64,000 nt of DNA from Deltaproteobacteria bacterium (GCA_040218735.1 JAVJQW010000070.1:288001-352000); one strand, 5' to 3'. Shown: positions 18,406 through 28,603, numbered from the stretch's first letter. Numbers and translations are program-made. Notes: a model not told the origin generated them from the sequence alone.

Positions 18406-19026
18406 ATGCCTGCTAGGGTCGCCCCCGTGCGGGTGGTGGGCCTGACGGGCGGAATCGGCTCGGGCAAGTCGACCGTGGCGCGGATGCTCGCCGCGCGCGG
18501 CGCGACGATCGTCGACGCGGATCGGATCGCCAAGGCGGTCGTAGAGCCGGGGACGGACGGCCTCGCCGCCATCGCCGCGCGCTGGCCCGAGGTCGTGGTG
18601 GACGGCGCCCTGGATCGCCGCGCGCTCGGGCGGATCGTCTTCGGCGACGACGAAGCCCGCGCCGCCCTGAACGCCATCGTCCACCCCCGTGTCGCCGCGA
18701 GGACCGCGCAGGCCATCGCCGCCGCCGCCGAGGCCGGGGCGCCGCTGATCGTCTACGACGTCCCCCTCCTCTACGAGAACGGCCTGGAGGCGCAGGTCGC
18801 CGAGGTCATCGTGGTCTTCACCTCCGACGCCCAACGCCGCGAACGCATCCGCGCACGCGACGACCTGTCCGACGAAGAGATCGAAGGCCGCATCGCGGCC
18901 CAGCTCCCGCTCGAAGAGAAGGTCCGCCGCGCGGACCACGTCATCGACAACGACGGCACGCTCGAAGCGACCGAACACCAGGTCGATGCCCTCTACGCCC
19001 AGCTCACCCGCGAGGACGCGAAATGA
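18406..19026 (+). CDS. coaE: Dephospho-CoA kinase
   Basis: VGLTGGIGSGKSTV, DADRIA, LDRRALGRIVF, LNAIVHP, DVPLLYE motifs; start 18406 or GTG 18427. Confidence 0.95.
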   Translation: MPARVAPVRVVGLTGGIGSGKSTVARMLAARGATIVDADRIAKAVVEPGTDGLAAIAARWPEVVVDGALDRRALGRIVFGDDEARAALNAIVHPRVAARTAQAIAAAAEAGAPLIVYDVPLLYENGLEAQVAEVIVVFTSDAQRRERIRARDDLSDEEIEGRIAAQLPLEEKVRRADHVIDNDGTLEATEHQVDALYAQLTREDAK

Positions 19027-20102
19027 CTCGACACGTTTTCATCACCGGCTTCCCGGGGTTCATCGCGCGCAACCTGCTGAAGAAGCTCCTCGCGGTGGAC
19101 CCGGAGGTCACCGTCACGGCGCTGGTCGAAGCCGGCCGCGAGCAGGAGGCGAAGGAGGCGCTCTACGGCGTCGACCAACACGACACCGGCGACCTCGCCG
19201 CGAGCGTCCGCGTCGCGACGGTGGTCGGCGACGTCACCGCGATGGACCTCGGCCTCGCCGGCGCGGAGTTCCGGGCCATCACCTCGCGCACGACCGAGAT
19301 CTACCACCTGGCCGCCGTGCACGCGGTCGCCGCGGATCGGTCCATCGCCGAGCGCGTCAACGTGCGGGGGACGGCGAGTGTCCTCGCGATCGCCGAAGCC
19401 ACGACGAACCTCGAACGCTTCGTGCACTTCTCCAGCGCCTACGTCAGCGGCGACCGGACCGGCGTCATCCTCGAAGACGAGCTCGAGGAGGGCCAGAGCT
19501 TCAAGAACGCGTACGAGGCCACGAAGTACCAGGCGGAGGTGCTCGTCGAACGCGCGAAGAAGCGGCTGCCGTGCACGGTGATCCGGCCCGGAGCCGTCGT
19601 CGGCGACTCACGCACCGGCGCGATCGATCGCTTCGACAGCGTCTACCAGCTCGCGATGATGCTGGTCGCGTCGCCGGTGTCCGTGCCGATCCCCCTGAAG
19701 GGCGACGGCCGCGCGCCGATGAACCTCGTCCCCGTCGACTACGTCGTGGACGCCGTGCACGCGATCGTGAGCTCGCCGGCGAGCATCGGGCACACCTATC
19801 ACGTCGTGGACCCGAACCCCCTCCCCGCGCGGCGCGTCTACGAGCTGGTCGCCGAGCGCGCCGGCAAACCGCTGCCCAAGCGCACCGTGTCGCCGAACCT
19901 GACCAAGGCGCTGCTCAAGATCCCGGGGCTCGAGAAGCTCGCGTCACTCCAGGGCGAAGCGATCGACTACCTGAACCAGATGGCCTTCTACAACTCGACG
20001 CAGACCGCGGAGCTGCTCGTGGGCACCGGCATCCGGTGCCCGCCGTTTTCGGACTACCTCGAAAACCTCATGAGCTACGCGCGCGAGCGCACCACGCGTT
20101 GA
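19023..20102 (+). CDS. Extended SDR / thioester-reductase-like NAD(P)-dependent oxidoreductase
   Basis: TGFPGFIA nucleotide-binding motif, HLAA, VNVRGT, catalytic YEATK and RPGAVVGDS; coupled to coaE. Confidence 0.85.
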   Translation: MTRHVFITGFPGFIARNLLKKLLAVDPEVTVTALVEAGREQEAKEALYGVDQHDTGDLAASVRVATVVGDVTAMDLGLAGAEFRAITSRTTEIYHLAAVHAVAADRSIAERVNVRGTASVLAIAEATTNLERFVHFSSAYVSGDRTGVILEDELEEGQSFKNAYEATKYQAEVLVERAKKRLPCTVIRPGAVVGDSRTGAIDRFDSVYQLAMMLVASPVSVPIPLKGDGRAPMNLVPVDYVVDAVHAIVSSPASIGHTYHVVDPNPLPARRVYELVAERAGKPLPKRTVSPNLTKALLKIPGLEKLASLQGEAIDYLNQMAFYNSTQTAELLVGTGIRCPPFSDYLENLMSYARERTTR

Positions 20103-20105
20103 TCG

Positions 20106-21341
20106 CTACGGGGCGCACGGCGCTCCGCACGACACACTCGCGGTCACGGTGCCGCTGAAGTCGCAGGTCACGATCGAACCGCGCACGCAGACCGTCGCCC
20201 CCGGGACACACCGATAGCGCGCCTCGACGTCGCGGATGTCGTGCAGCTCGGGGACCGAGCCGCAGCCAAAGCCACCGGTCTCGATGCACTCCACGTGCGC
20301 GGTCGCCTGTTGCGTGGTGCTCTCGAACTGGGCGTCGCCGAACCCGCTGCTGAACGGGATGGGGAGACAATCGAGCGACAGCAACGTGAGGTCGAGCTGC
20401 GTCCCGGTCGTCGTCCGGCCGGTCTCGCCGTAGTACGCGTTCGTCAGCGGCGCCACACGCAGGCGCAGCGACCCGGACGATCCCACCTGGGTCACCTCGA
20501 GGCCTCCGACGTAGGGCGTCGTCGTGCAGTTCGCGTCCGGGACGCAGTTGTACAGAGCGCTCGTCGTGCACCAGCGCTGCACGACCGTCCCTTCGTAGAA
20601 GCCAACGGGGTACGGCGCGCTCGGCGTCGCGCAGAAGCCCGCGTCGGGCGCGACCCCCGCGTCGAGGCCGGCGTCGAGGCCCGCATCGACGCCGGCGTCG
20701 AGCGCGAAGCCGCCGTCGTAGACCGCGCCTCCGTCGCGAAGAAACCCGCCGTCTCTCAGCGTGCCGCCGTCGCCGGGGCCGCCGTCGTACGCGACGCCGC
20801 CGTCCCGGAGCGGGCCGCCGTCGTACGCGACGCCGCCGTCCCGGAGCGGGCCGCCGTCGTAGAGGACGCCGCCGTCGCGTAGGGGGCCGCCGTCGTAGAA
20901 GACGCCGCCGTCCCGGAGCGGGCCGCCGTCGTGCGCGACGCCTCCGTCCCGGAGCGGGCCGCCGTCCCGGAGCGGGCCGCCGTCGTAGGCGACGCCACCG
21001 TCGCGCGCGGTGCCACCGTCGCGGGCGCCGCCGTCCCCGAGGCCTCCGTCACGCCCCCCACCGTCACGGGCGCCGCCGTCGCGGGCACCGCCGTCCTCGC
21101 GCCCGCCGTCACGGAGGCCACCGTCCACCGTCCCCGCGTCGTCGGCCCCGCCGTCCCGGGTCGCGCCCGCGTCCGCCGCACCCGCGTCGCGGTCGCCCGG
21201 CCCGGCGTCGAACGCGCTGGCGTCGCCTCCGCCACCATCACGAACCGGCGTGGTGGCCCCGCCGGTGCAGGCCATCAGCGCCACCGTCAACGCGGCGACG
21301 GCGCTCCGTCCCCACACGTCCCCATCGATCCGGTGCCTCAC
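20106..21341 (-). CDS. DGG/DAG-repeat lipoprotein with Cys-rich C-terminal domain
   Basis: Lipobox VALMAC, about 35 DGG/DAG motifs, then a Cys-rich globular domain; start GTG 21341 or 21317. Confidence 0.75.
   Translation of the reverse strand: MRHRIDGDVWGRSAVAALTVALMACTGGATTPVRDGGGGDASAFDAGPGDRDAGAADAGATRDGGADDAGTVDGGLRDGGREDGGARDGGARDGGGRDGGLGDGGARDGGTARDGGVAYDGGPLRDGGPLRDGGVAHDGGPLRDGGVFYDGGPLRDGGVLYDGGPLRDGGVAYDGGPLRDGGVAYDGGPGDGGTLRDGGFLRDGGAVYDGGFALDAGVDAGLDAGLDAGVAPDAGFCATPSAPYPVGFYEGTVVQRWCTTSALYNCVPDANCTTTPYVGGLEVTQVGSSGSLRLRVAPLTNAYYGETGRTTTGTQLDLTLLSLDCLPIPFSSGFGDAQFESTTQQATAHVECIETGGFGCGSVPELHDIRDVEARYRCVPGATVCVRGSIVTCDFSGTVTASVSCGAPCAP
20640..21240 (-). repeat. Coding tandem repeats (18/36-nt units, DGGPLRDGGVAY)
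   Basis: Identical 36-nt units at 20776-20811 and 20812-20847 with degenerate copies on both sides, all in frame. Confidence 0.85.
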
Positions 21342-21441
21342 GCGAATCCCCCCAAAGGATACAGTGCCGCTCTTCGCCGGATCGTTCGAGCCCCGGAGTC
21401 TTCGACGCAACGTCCCAGGATGTAAGTCGATAACCCACCCC

Positions 21442-21846
21442 ATGATCGGCTCGATGCCTCCCAAGCCCCTGAGCTCCGCCCTCGACTGGGCCCTGCACGG
21501 CGTCAAAGACGGACGCGGCGCGGTGAACCGCACCAGCAACGACCGTGAAGGCGTCGTCGTGCTCGACGGCGGCGAGGCGCGCGGCCTGATCGACAAGATG
21601 CGCGGCTTCACCCGCTCCAGCGACGCCACGCAGGTCGCGCGCGGCGCGGACAGCATGAAGGACCTCTACCAGCGCATCCAGCGCGGTCAGGTGAACCTCA
21701 CCGGCGACGCTCCGCAGGTCCTCAACCGCTACGCGTTCATGGCGGAGCTGCCGTTCATGAGCTTCACGGCCGCCGAGCTCGGCGCCGCGGTGGGCCGCAT
21801 CAACCCCGGCTTCCGCGCCGTCCAGCGCGCCTTCGACGGCGAATAG
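21442..21846 (+). CDS. Hypothetical helical protein
   Basis: Strong GC3 bias from MIGSMPPKPLSS onward; fills the gap between the DGG lipoprotein and the rhomboid gene. Confidence 0.65.
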   Translation: MIGSMPPKPLSSALDWALHGVKDGRGAVNRTSNDREGVVVLDGGEARGLIDKMRGFTRSSDATQVARGADSMKDLYQRIQRGQVNLTGDAPQVLNRYAFMAELPFMSFTAAELGAAVGRINPGFRAVQRAFDGE

Positions 21847-21847
21847 A

Positions 21848-22573
21848 TCAGCTCTTCCGCCGGCGGCGGCGCACGCTTCGCGTGACGCGCACCGCCACGC
21901 CCACGCCCAACCCGAACGCAAACCCGCCGAGGTGCGCGAACCACGCGACGCCGCCCTCCGCCTGGAGGCCGTCGGCGATCGTGAGGTAGCCGTTCAACAG
22001 CTGCTGCAGCGCCCAGATCCCCAAGAAGACAAACGCCGGCACCTCGATGAAGGTGAGGAAGATGAAGATCGGGAACAGCGTCACCACGCGCGCCGCCGGG
22101 AACAGCACGATATAGGCGCCCAGCACCCCCGCGATCGCCCCCGACGCGCCGATCAACGGCACCGTGGACTGCGGATCCGCGACGTACTGCCCGAACGTCC
22201 CCGCGAGCCCCGCGAGTACGTAGAACCCCAGGTACAGCGCGTGCCCGAAGCGGTCCTCGACGTTGTCCCCGAACGCACGCAGGTAGAGCAGGTTGCCGAT
22301 GATGTGGAACCACCCGGCGTGCAGGACCATCGAGGCCAGCGCCGCCTGCAAACAAAGCAGGAGCGCGTCGCCGTCCTGCTGCGCCCAAGCCGCGTGAAGA
22401 TCGGCGGGCACGAACGCGAGCTGGTCGACCAACCCGGCCGCCTGCTGGCCCAGGCTCGCCTGGAACAGAAACGCTGCCCCGGTCAGCGCCAGCAGCCCAT
22501 AGTTCACGACCGGAACCCGCACCCGCGGATTGATGTCCCGGATGGGAAGCAACGGAATCGAAGCTCCTAGCAC
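21848..22573 (-). CDS. Rhomboid intramembrane serine protease
   Basis: HAGWFHIIGNLLYL, catalytic GASGA (Ser) and AWFAHLGGF (His). Confidence 0.92.
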   Translation of the reverse strand: MLGASIPLLPIRDINPRVRVPVVNYGLLALTGAAFLFQASLGQQAAGLVDQLAFVPADLHAAWAQQDGDALLLCLQAALASMVLHAGWFHIIGNLLYLRAFGDNVEDRFGHALYLGFYVLAGLAGTFGQYVADPQSTVPLIGASGAIAGVLGAYIVLFPAARVVTLFPIFIFLTFIEVPAFVFLGIWALQQLLNGYLTIADGLQAEGGVAWFAHLGGFAFGLGVGVAVRVTRSVRRRRRKS

Positions 22574-22623
22574 GGACGCATACCGCTTGCGAACGGCGTC
22601 GAACGGGTGTTACCGGACGTCCC

Positions 22624-24129
22624 GTGCGGCGGGCGGCGGGTGCGGTCGGTTGGGCAGCATTCGCCCTGCTCGTGGTGTCAGCGCCGGCGGCGTTCGGCCA
22701 AGGCGTCAACCTCACCGCGCGCAACGTCTATCACGCGTACGAGCTGCAGCTCGATCCGGGCGGCAACCGCGACCGGATCCGCGACATCAATCGCTTCTAC
22801 CAAACGCTCGAAGCGAGCGGCTGGGGCCTCGTCCCCGGACAACGTGTCAACGCGGTCCTGTCGATGCGCTACCGCACCGACTTCGGCACCGGCTTCAACC
22901 GCGACACCCCGAACGGACGCGGCATCCCTGCGGTGGACGACCGCAACGATCTGCAGATGCTCTACGCGTACGTCGAATGGACGGACGCGTTCGACCTCCT
23001 CGACCTCCGCCTCGGTCGCCAGGTCCGCATCGACGACCTCGCGTGGGCGTCCTTCGACGGCGTCGAGGTGACCGGCCACCTCTACAAGGACGGCGACGAC
23101 TACCTCGACGTGTCGCTGTTCGCCGGCGTGCCCGTGCAGATCGACGTGCTGTTCACGTCGGAGACGTTCCTCGGCGACGGCATCGAGGTCTACGACGGCT
23201 CCGGCTTCCTCTCCGGGCTCACCTTCGGCGGCAACACCGCGCTGAAGCTGATGTCGAACTTCACGGCCTCCGCGGCCTACCGCCAGACGGTGGTGTTCCG
23301 CGACGACGCCATCGAGTCCTTCGCGGGGGACGACGCCGCGGCCGCCGCGTCCAACGGGAAGATCGGCCTGCAGGAGTCCCTGCTCGGCGCGTCGATCGGC
23401 TACACGATCCGCCCGATCGACGTGAACCTCTACGGTCACTTCAATTGGGACCTGCTCATCGGCTCGCTCGAGCAAGCGCGCGCCGGCGGCGCCTACCACC
23501 CCATGCGCGGCTTCACGGTGCGCGCCGAGTACCTGCGCTCGCGCCCGCGCTTCGCGGGTGACTCGATTTTCAACTACTTCAACCTTTTCGCCTACGACCG
23601 CGCGCGCACCGAGGCGAGCTGGCAGATCCTCGAGAGCCTCACGCTCGACGCCGGCTACTTCTTCCAGAAGTTCAACGGCGGCGCGAAGGGCCCGAAGAGT
23701 GTCGACGACGCGGGCAACGAGGGCGCCGAGTTCCCCGGCTCCGACGCGGTGCACGGACCGAGCGCCGCGATCCGCTACCGACACCCGCGCTTCACCGTCG
23801 GTGGGTCGTTCGAAGCCTCGACGAACTTTGGCGGCGACTACGCGTACGGCGGCAACTACCGGCTACTCCAGCTCTTCGGTGACGTCCGCTTCCTCGGCGG
23901 ACGGTTCGTCACCGACGCGCGCCTCTCCGTGACGACGTTCCAGAACGACTGGATCGAGGACATCGACAACGGCGTCGTCGACGAGGTGCGCACCAGCCTG
24001 ATCGGGAGCATCGGCGCACGCGCGCAGATCCTCGACTTCCTGTCCTGGCGCGTGCTCCTCGCGCGCAACATCAACTCGTACGTCGCGGGCAGCTACCGCG
24101 TCTTCTCCGAGCTGGCGGTGAGGTACTGA
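22624..24129 (+). CDS. Predicted outer-membrane beta-barrel (porin-like) protein
   Basis: Signal peptide (..SAPAAFG), alternating amphipathic strands (LYAYVEW, LRLGRQ, FDGVEVTG) and a C-terminal aromatic BAM-type motif ELAVRY. Confidence 0.75.
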   Translation: MRRAAGAVGWAAFALLVVSAPAAFGQGVNLTARNVYHAYELQLDPGGNRDRIRDINRFYQTLEASGWGLVPGQRVNAVLSMRYRTDFGTGFNRDTPNGRGIPAVDDRNDLQMLYAYVEWTDAFDLLDLRLGRQVRIDDLAWASFDGVEVTGHLYKDGDDYLDVSLFAGVPVQIDVLFTSETFLGDGIEVYDGSGFLSGLTFGGNTALKLMSNFTASAAYRQTVVFRDDAIESFAGDDAAAAASNGKIGLQESLLGASIGYTIRPIDVNLYGHFNWDLLIGSLEQARAGGAYHPMRGFTVRAEYLRSRPRFAGDSIFNYFNLFAYDRARTEASWQILESLTLDAGYFFQKFNGGAKGPKSVDDAGNEGAEFPGSDAVHGPSAAIRYRHPRFTVGGSFEASTNFGGDYAYGGNYRLLQLFGDVRFLGGRFVTDARLSVTTFQNDWIEDIDNGVVDEVRTSLIGSIGARAQILDFLSWRVLLARNINSYVAGSYRVFSELAVRY

Positions 24130-25370
24130 TGCGACGCTCGACGCCCCTCCTCGGACTCCTCGTCACGGCCGCGGTGTCGCTGGTGACGCTGACGTCGGCC
24201 GTGTTCTTCGAGCGCGGGCCGGACCCGGTCGTCTTCCCGCCGCAGCAGATCCCGATCTACTTCCCGCACAACTACCACGTGCGTGCGCCGGACGAGGCGA
24301 AGGGCACGACCGGCGAAGGACTGTCGTGCACGTTCTGCCACGAGAACATCGAGGAGTCGGCGAAGTCCTCCGACGAGGACATCCCGGGCCACGGCACGTG
24401 CGACACCTGCCACGACGAGTGGATCGGCGACGAGGACGAGCCGGCCCCGATCGAAAAGTGCGGCCTGTGCCACACCGACCTCGACGCGCGGAAGGGCACC
24501 GTCACCTCGTCGGTCGCGAAGCGGATGATCGTGCCGAAGCCAAACATCATCTTCCCGCACGCGGCGCACACCGAGGCCGAGGTCGCGTGCGTGGAGTGCC
24601 ACGACCGCGTCCCGACGAAGACCGTCGCCACGCGCGACGACTACCCGACGATGGATCGCTGCATCGCATGCCACGAGGACCGCGGCGTCTCGACCGCGTG
24701 CACGACGTGCCACCTGCAGACGGTGAGCGGGCGCATCCAGACGAAGTACAGCTCGGGCGAGCTGAAGCCGAACCGCTTCCACCTCGCCGCGATCCACGAG
24801 GGTGATTTCCTCCGCACACACGCGGTGCCGGCGCAGCGCGATCAGAAGTACTGCGACAACTGCCACACGAAGAGTGAGTGCCTCGAGTGCCACGACGGCA
24901 TCGGCCGCGACGTGCGCTACCACCCGGGCGACTGGATCAGCACCCACTACCTGCGCGCGCGGAAGGACGACATGCGGTGCCAGAGCTGCCACCGCTTCCA
25001 GACGTTCTGCCTGAACTGCCACGTGCGTTCCGGCGTCGCGTCGGTGACGACGCCGGACAACGTCGCGCAGCGGCGCACGATCCGCGGCAACGGGACGATC
25101 GCACCGGGGCCGCACCCGATGGGCCCGGAGTGGACCGGCGTCGCGGGTAACCTCGGCCAGAACTTCCACGGCTTCCACGCGCAGCGGAACATCCGCGCGT
25201 GTGTCTCGTGCCACCAGGAGCAGTACTGCCTGCAGTGCCACACGACCGGCGGGCTCGGCGGCAACCCGCACGGACCGAACCCTCAGCGCCTGAAGGGGAG
25301 CACGGCGTCGAAGCGCAACGCGCGCGCGTGCCTGAAGTGCCACGACCCGGCGGACAACAGCTGGCGCTGA
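24129..25370 (+). CDS. Multiheme cytochrome c with 13 CxxCH motifs
   Basis: N-terminal signal/TM; CTFCH, CDTCH, CGLCH, CVECH, CIACH, CTTCH, CDNCH, CLECH, CQSCH, CLNCH, CVSCH, CLQCH, CLKCH; FPH..H c3/c7-type distal His motifs. Confidence 0.92.
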   Translation: MRRSTPLLGLLVTAAVSLVTLTSAVFFERGPDPVVFPPQQIPIYFPHNYHVRAPDEAKGTTGEGLSCTFCHENIEESAKSSDEDIPGHGTCDTCHDEWIGDEDEPAPIEKCGLCHTDLDARKGTVTSSVAKRMIVPKPNIIFPHAAHTEAEVACVECHDRVPTKTVATRDDYPTMDRCIACHEDRGVSTACTTCHLQTVSGRIQTKYSSGELKPNRFHLAAIHEGDFLRTHAVPAQRDQKYCDNCHTKSECLECHDGIGRDVRYHPGDWISTHYLRARKDDMRCQSCHRFQTFCLNCHVRSGVASVTTPDNVAQRRTIRGNGTIAPGPHPMGPEWTGVAGNLGQNFHGFHAQRNIRACVSCHQEQYCLQCHTTGGLGGNPHGPNPQRLKGSTASKRNARACLKCHDPADNSWR

Positions 25371-25386
25371 AGAGGACCTCTCGACC

Positions 25387-27132
25387 ATGGCCAAGGAAGA
25401 CACGAACGAACGCCTGAAGGCGGTACGGCGACAGATGGATCGGATGGGGGTCGACGTCGCGATCGTCCGCTCCACCGACCGCTACCTCAACGAGTACGTG
25501 CCGACGGACGAGTCGGCGCGGGTGTGGATCAGCGCGTTCACCGGGTCAATGGGTGAAGTCGTCGTGACAAAGTCCGACGCGTACCTCGCGGTCGATGGCC
25601 GGTACTGGATCCAAGCGAAGAAGGAGATCGACCTCGCCTGCTTCACGATCATCGAGGTGCAGCTCGGGAGCGGCATCGACGGCGCGATCGCGGAGCTCAT
25701 CCAACAGCTCGCCGAGAAGGCCGGACCGAAGAAGAAGCTGCGCATCGGCTACGAGCCGGAGCGGGTCACACCGAACGTGCTGAAGCGGCTGCAGGCTGCG
25801 GTCGGCGAGGGGGTGACGTGGAAGCCGACGTTCCCGTCGCCGGTCGAGCAGGCGCGCGGCGCGAACCGGCCGGCGCCACGCGAAGCGAAGATCCGCGCGG
25901 TCGACGAAAAACGCGTAGGGCGCACCGTGGGCGAGAAGCTCGACGCGCTCGGCGCGCGGATGGAGACGCTCGGCGTCGAAGCGGTGCTCGTGCAGCGCCT
26001 CGACGAGATCGCGTACCTGTCGAACCTGCGCGGCGACGAGCTGCCCTACCAGGCGACCTTCAAGGCGATCGCGCTCGCGACCCAGGACAACCTGTTCATC
26101 GGGATGGACCCGTCGAAGGCGCCGAAGTCGGTGCGTGTCGCGCGGGACCGAATCCTGTTCGTGCCGGAGTCCGAGTTCTGGACGTTGATGGGCAAGAAGG
26201 CGAAGCGCAGCCGCATCGCCTACGACCCGGACGGCAACTCGGAGTGGGGACGCCAGCAGATCGAGTCGACGGGCGCGGAGGCGATCGCCCTGCCCTCGCC
26301 GATCCAGCAGATGAAGGCGAGGAAGAACCCGGCGGAGCTGAAGGCGATGCAGGACGCCTTCGCGCGCGCGGACGGTGTGGTCGAGGCGGCGATCCAGTGG
26401 GTCTGCTCCGAGGTCGTCGCGGGCAAGAAGGTCTCCGAGAAGGACTTCGCCAACAAGGTGCAGGAGCTGTTCTTCGCGCGTGAGGCGACGGGGCTGTCGT
26501 TCAAGATCATCAGCGCGGCCGGGAAGAACGGCGCGATCATCCACTACAGCGATCCGTCGGCGCGCCGCGCGCTGAAGCGCGGCGAGCTGATGCTGCTCGA
26601 CACCGGCGCGTACTTCGCCGAGGGCTACGCGACGGATCTCACGCGGACGTTCCTCGTCGACGACAAGAAGGCGAAGGGCAACGCGGAGCAGCGCCGCCTC
26701 TACACGTTGGTGCTGAAGGCTGCGGTCGCCGGGATGCGCGCGACGTTCCCGCGCGGCACGACGGGCGCGGCGCTCGACGCGATCGTCCGCGCGCCGCTGT
26801 GGGCCGAGGGCCTGAACTACAACCACGGCACGGGTCACGGGGTGGGGATCAACGTGCACGAGTTCCCGCCGCGCATCGCGCCGGGCACGAACGTCGCCCT
26901 CGAGGAGGGCCACGTGTTCTCGATCGAGCCGGGGGTGTACCTGCCGAAGTTCGGCGGCATCCGGATCGAGAACCTCTGCACGGTGGAAGCGGTGCCGAAG
27001 TCGAACGACTTCCTGCGCGTGAAGCCGCTGACGTTCTCGCCCCTCGACAAACGCCTCATCGAGACGAAGATGCTGAGCGCGGACGAGAAGGCGTGGCTCG
27101 GCGCGTACGCGAAGCGCGCGAACGGTCGCTGA
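25387..27132 (+). CDS. Xaa-Pro aminopeptidase (M24B, aminopeptidase P)
   Basis: FTGSMG, VDGRY, NGAIIHY, LLDTGAYF...TDLTRT, HGTGHGVG..VHE, SIEPGVY, GIRIEN. Confidence 0.92.
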   Translation: MAKEDTNERLKAVRRQMDRMGVDVAIVRSTDRYLNEYVPTDESARVWISAFTGSMGEVVVTKSDAYLAVDGRYWIQAKKEIDLACFTIIEVQLGSGIDGAIAELIQQLAEKAGPKKKLRIGYEPERVTPNVLKRLQAAVGEGVTWKPTFPSPVEQARGANRPAPREAKIRAVDEKRVGRTVGEKLDALGARMETLGVEAVLVQRLDEIAYLSNLRGDELPYQATFKAIALATQDNLFIGMDPSKAPKSVRVARDRILFVPESEFWTLMGKKAKRSRIAYDPDGNSEWGRQQIESTGAEAIALPSPIQQMKARKNPAELKAMQDAFARADGVVEAAIQWVCSEVVAGKKVSEKDFANKVQELFFAREATGLSFKIISAAGKNGAIIHYSDPSARRALKRGELMLLDTGAYFAEGYATDLTRTFLVDDKKAKGNAEQRRLYTLVLKAAVAGMRATFPRGTTGAALDAIVRAPLWAEGLNYNHGTGHGVGINVHEFPPRIAPGTNVALEEGHVFSIEPGVYLPKFGGIRIENLCTVEAVPKSNDFLRVKPLTFSPLDKRLIETKMLSADEKAWLGAYAKRANGR

Positions 27133-27391
27133 GTCCCCCGTCATCGGCCAGCGAACGAACTAACCTCGGAATCGGGGCGATTCTCACACGCCTCTCATAC
27201 CGGTGACCGTAGCCTCGTACGATGGGGAACGCACGGATGTGACCGCGAGCGCGACGCGGCCAAGTCTTTGTCACATTCGCTTGATCTATCCGGGCAAAGC
27301 GCCGACGTTCCCACCAGCCCCGGCCCTCGCGCTTGTCATCTGAGTACGCGAATGCGGCCGTGCACGCCCCCCAGGAGGGGCCCAGGAAACC

Positions 27392-28600
27392 ATGACCGAC
27401 GTGTCCTTCTCCGAGCTCTCGCTCATCCCCCCGCTTCTGCGCGCGCTCGACGCCAAGGGTTACGAGACCCCCACGCCCATCCAGGCGCAGGCCATCCCGC
27501 CGCTCCTCGAGGGCGTCGATCTCCTCGGCGTCGCCCAGACCGGCACCGGCAAGACCGCGGCGTTCTCGCTGCCGCTGCTCCAACACCTCGCCGAGCGACC
27601 GGCGCCGCGCGGGCGGCCGATCCGGGCGCTGGTGCTCACTCCAACGCGCGAGCTCGCCGCGCAGATCGGCGACAACCTCGCCGCCTACGGTAAACGCCTC
27701 GGGCAGAAACACATCGTCATCTTCGGCGGCGTCGGGCAGCGCCCGCAGGTCGACGCGCTGAAGCGCGGTGTCCCGATCGTCGTCGCGACGCCCGGGCGGC
27801 TCCTCGACCTCATGGGTCAGGGCTACGTCGATCTCGCGCGGGTCGAGTACTTCGTCCTCGACGAGGCGGATCGCATGCTCGACATGGGTTTCATCCACGA
27901 CGTCCGCAAGGTGATCGACGCCCTCCCCGATCGCCGCCAGTCGGCGCTGTTCTCGGCGACGATGCCCAACGACATCGTCAAGCTCGCGGAGCGCCTGTTG
28001 AACAAACCGCGCCGCGTCGAGGTTACGCCGCCGGCGACCACGGTCGAGCGGATCGAGCAGGGGGTGCTGTTCGTGGAGAAGGAGGACAAACGGGCGCTGC
28101 TCGCGGAGATCCTCGCGAACCCCGAGCTGCGCCGCACGCTCGTCTTCACGCGCACCAAACACGGCGCGAACCGCGCCGCGAAGCACCTGCAGAAGTGCAA
28201 CGTCCCGGCGGACGCGATTCACGGCAACAAGTCGCAGTCGGCGCGCGAGCGCGCGCTCGAGAAGTTCCGCAAGGGTGAGATCCGCGTGCTCGTCGCGACG
28301 GACATCGCGGCGCGCGGCATCGACGTCGCCGGGATCACCCACGTGATCAACTTCGACCTGCCGAACATCCCCGAGAGCTACGTGCACCGGATCGGCCGGA
28401 CTGCGCGCGCCGGTAACGAAGGCGTCGCGCTGTCGTTCTGTGACGTGGACGAGCGCGCCTACCTAAAGGACATCGAGAAGACGATCCGGCAGCGCGTGCG
28501 GGTGATCGACAACCACCCCTACAAGTCGAACGTGCCGATGAACGTGCAGCCGCCGCCCGCCGCGAAGTCGAGCGGCCGGCGGCGTCGACGTCGGCGCTGA
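27392..28600 (+). CDS. rhlE: DEAD-box RNA helicase (RhlE-like)
   Basis: Q motif [30 protein letters not shown] and HRIGRTAR; Arg-rich tail. Confidence 0.9.
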   Translation: MTDVSFSELSLIPPLLRALDAKGYETPTPIQAQAIPPLLEGVDLLGVAQTGTGKTAAFSLPLLQHLAERPAPRGRPIRALVLTPTRELAAQIGDNLAAYGKRLGQKHIVIFGGVGQRPQVDALKRGVPIVVATPGRLLDLMGQGYVDLARVEYFVLDEADRMLDMGFIHDVRKVIDALPDRRQSALFSATMPNDIVKLAERLLNKPRRVEVTPPATTVERIEQGVLFVEKEDKRALLAEILANPELRRTLVFTRTKHGANRAAKHLQKCNVPADAIHGNKSQSARERALEKFRKGEIRVLVATDIAARGIDVAGITHVINFDLPNIPESYVHRIGRTARAGNEGVALSFCDVDERAYLKDIEKTIRQRVRVIDNHPYKSNVPMNVQPPPAAKSSGRRRRRRR

Positions 28601-28603
28601 GGC

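Noticed and set aside
20640-21240. Short repeats as a possible CRISPR or non-coding VNTR
   Set aside because: In-frame DGG peptide repeats inside a lipoprotein ORF, with no spacers.
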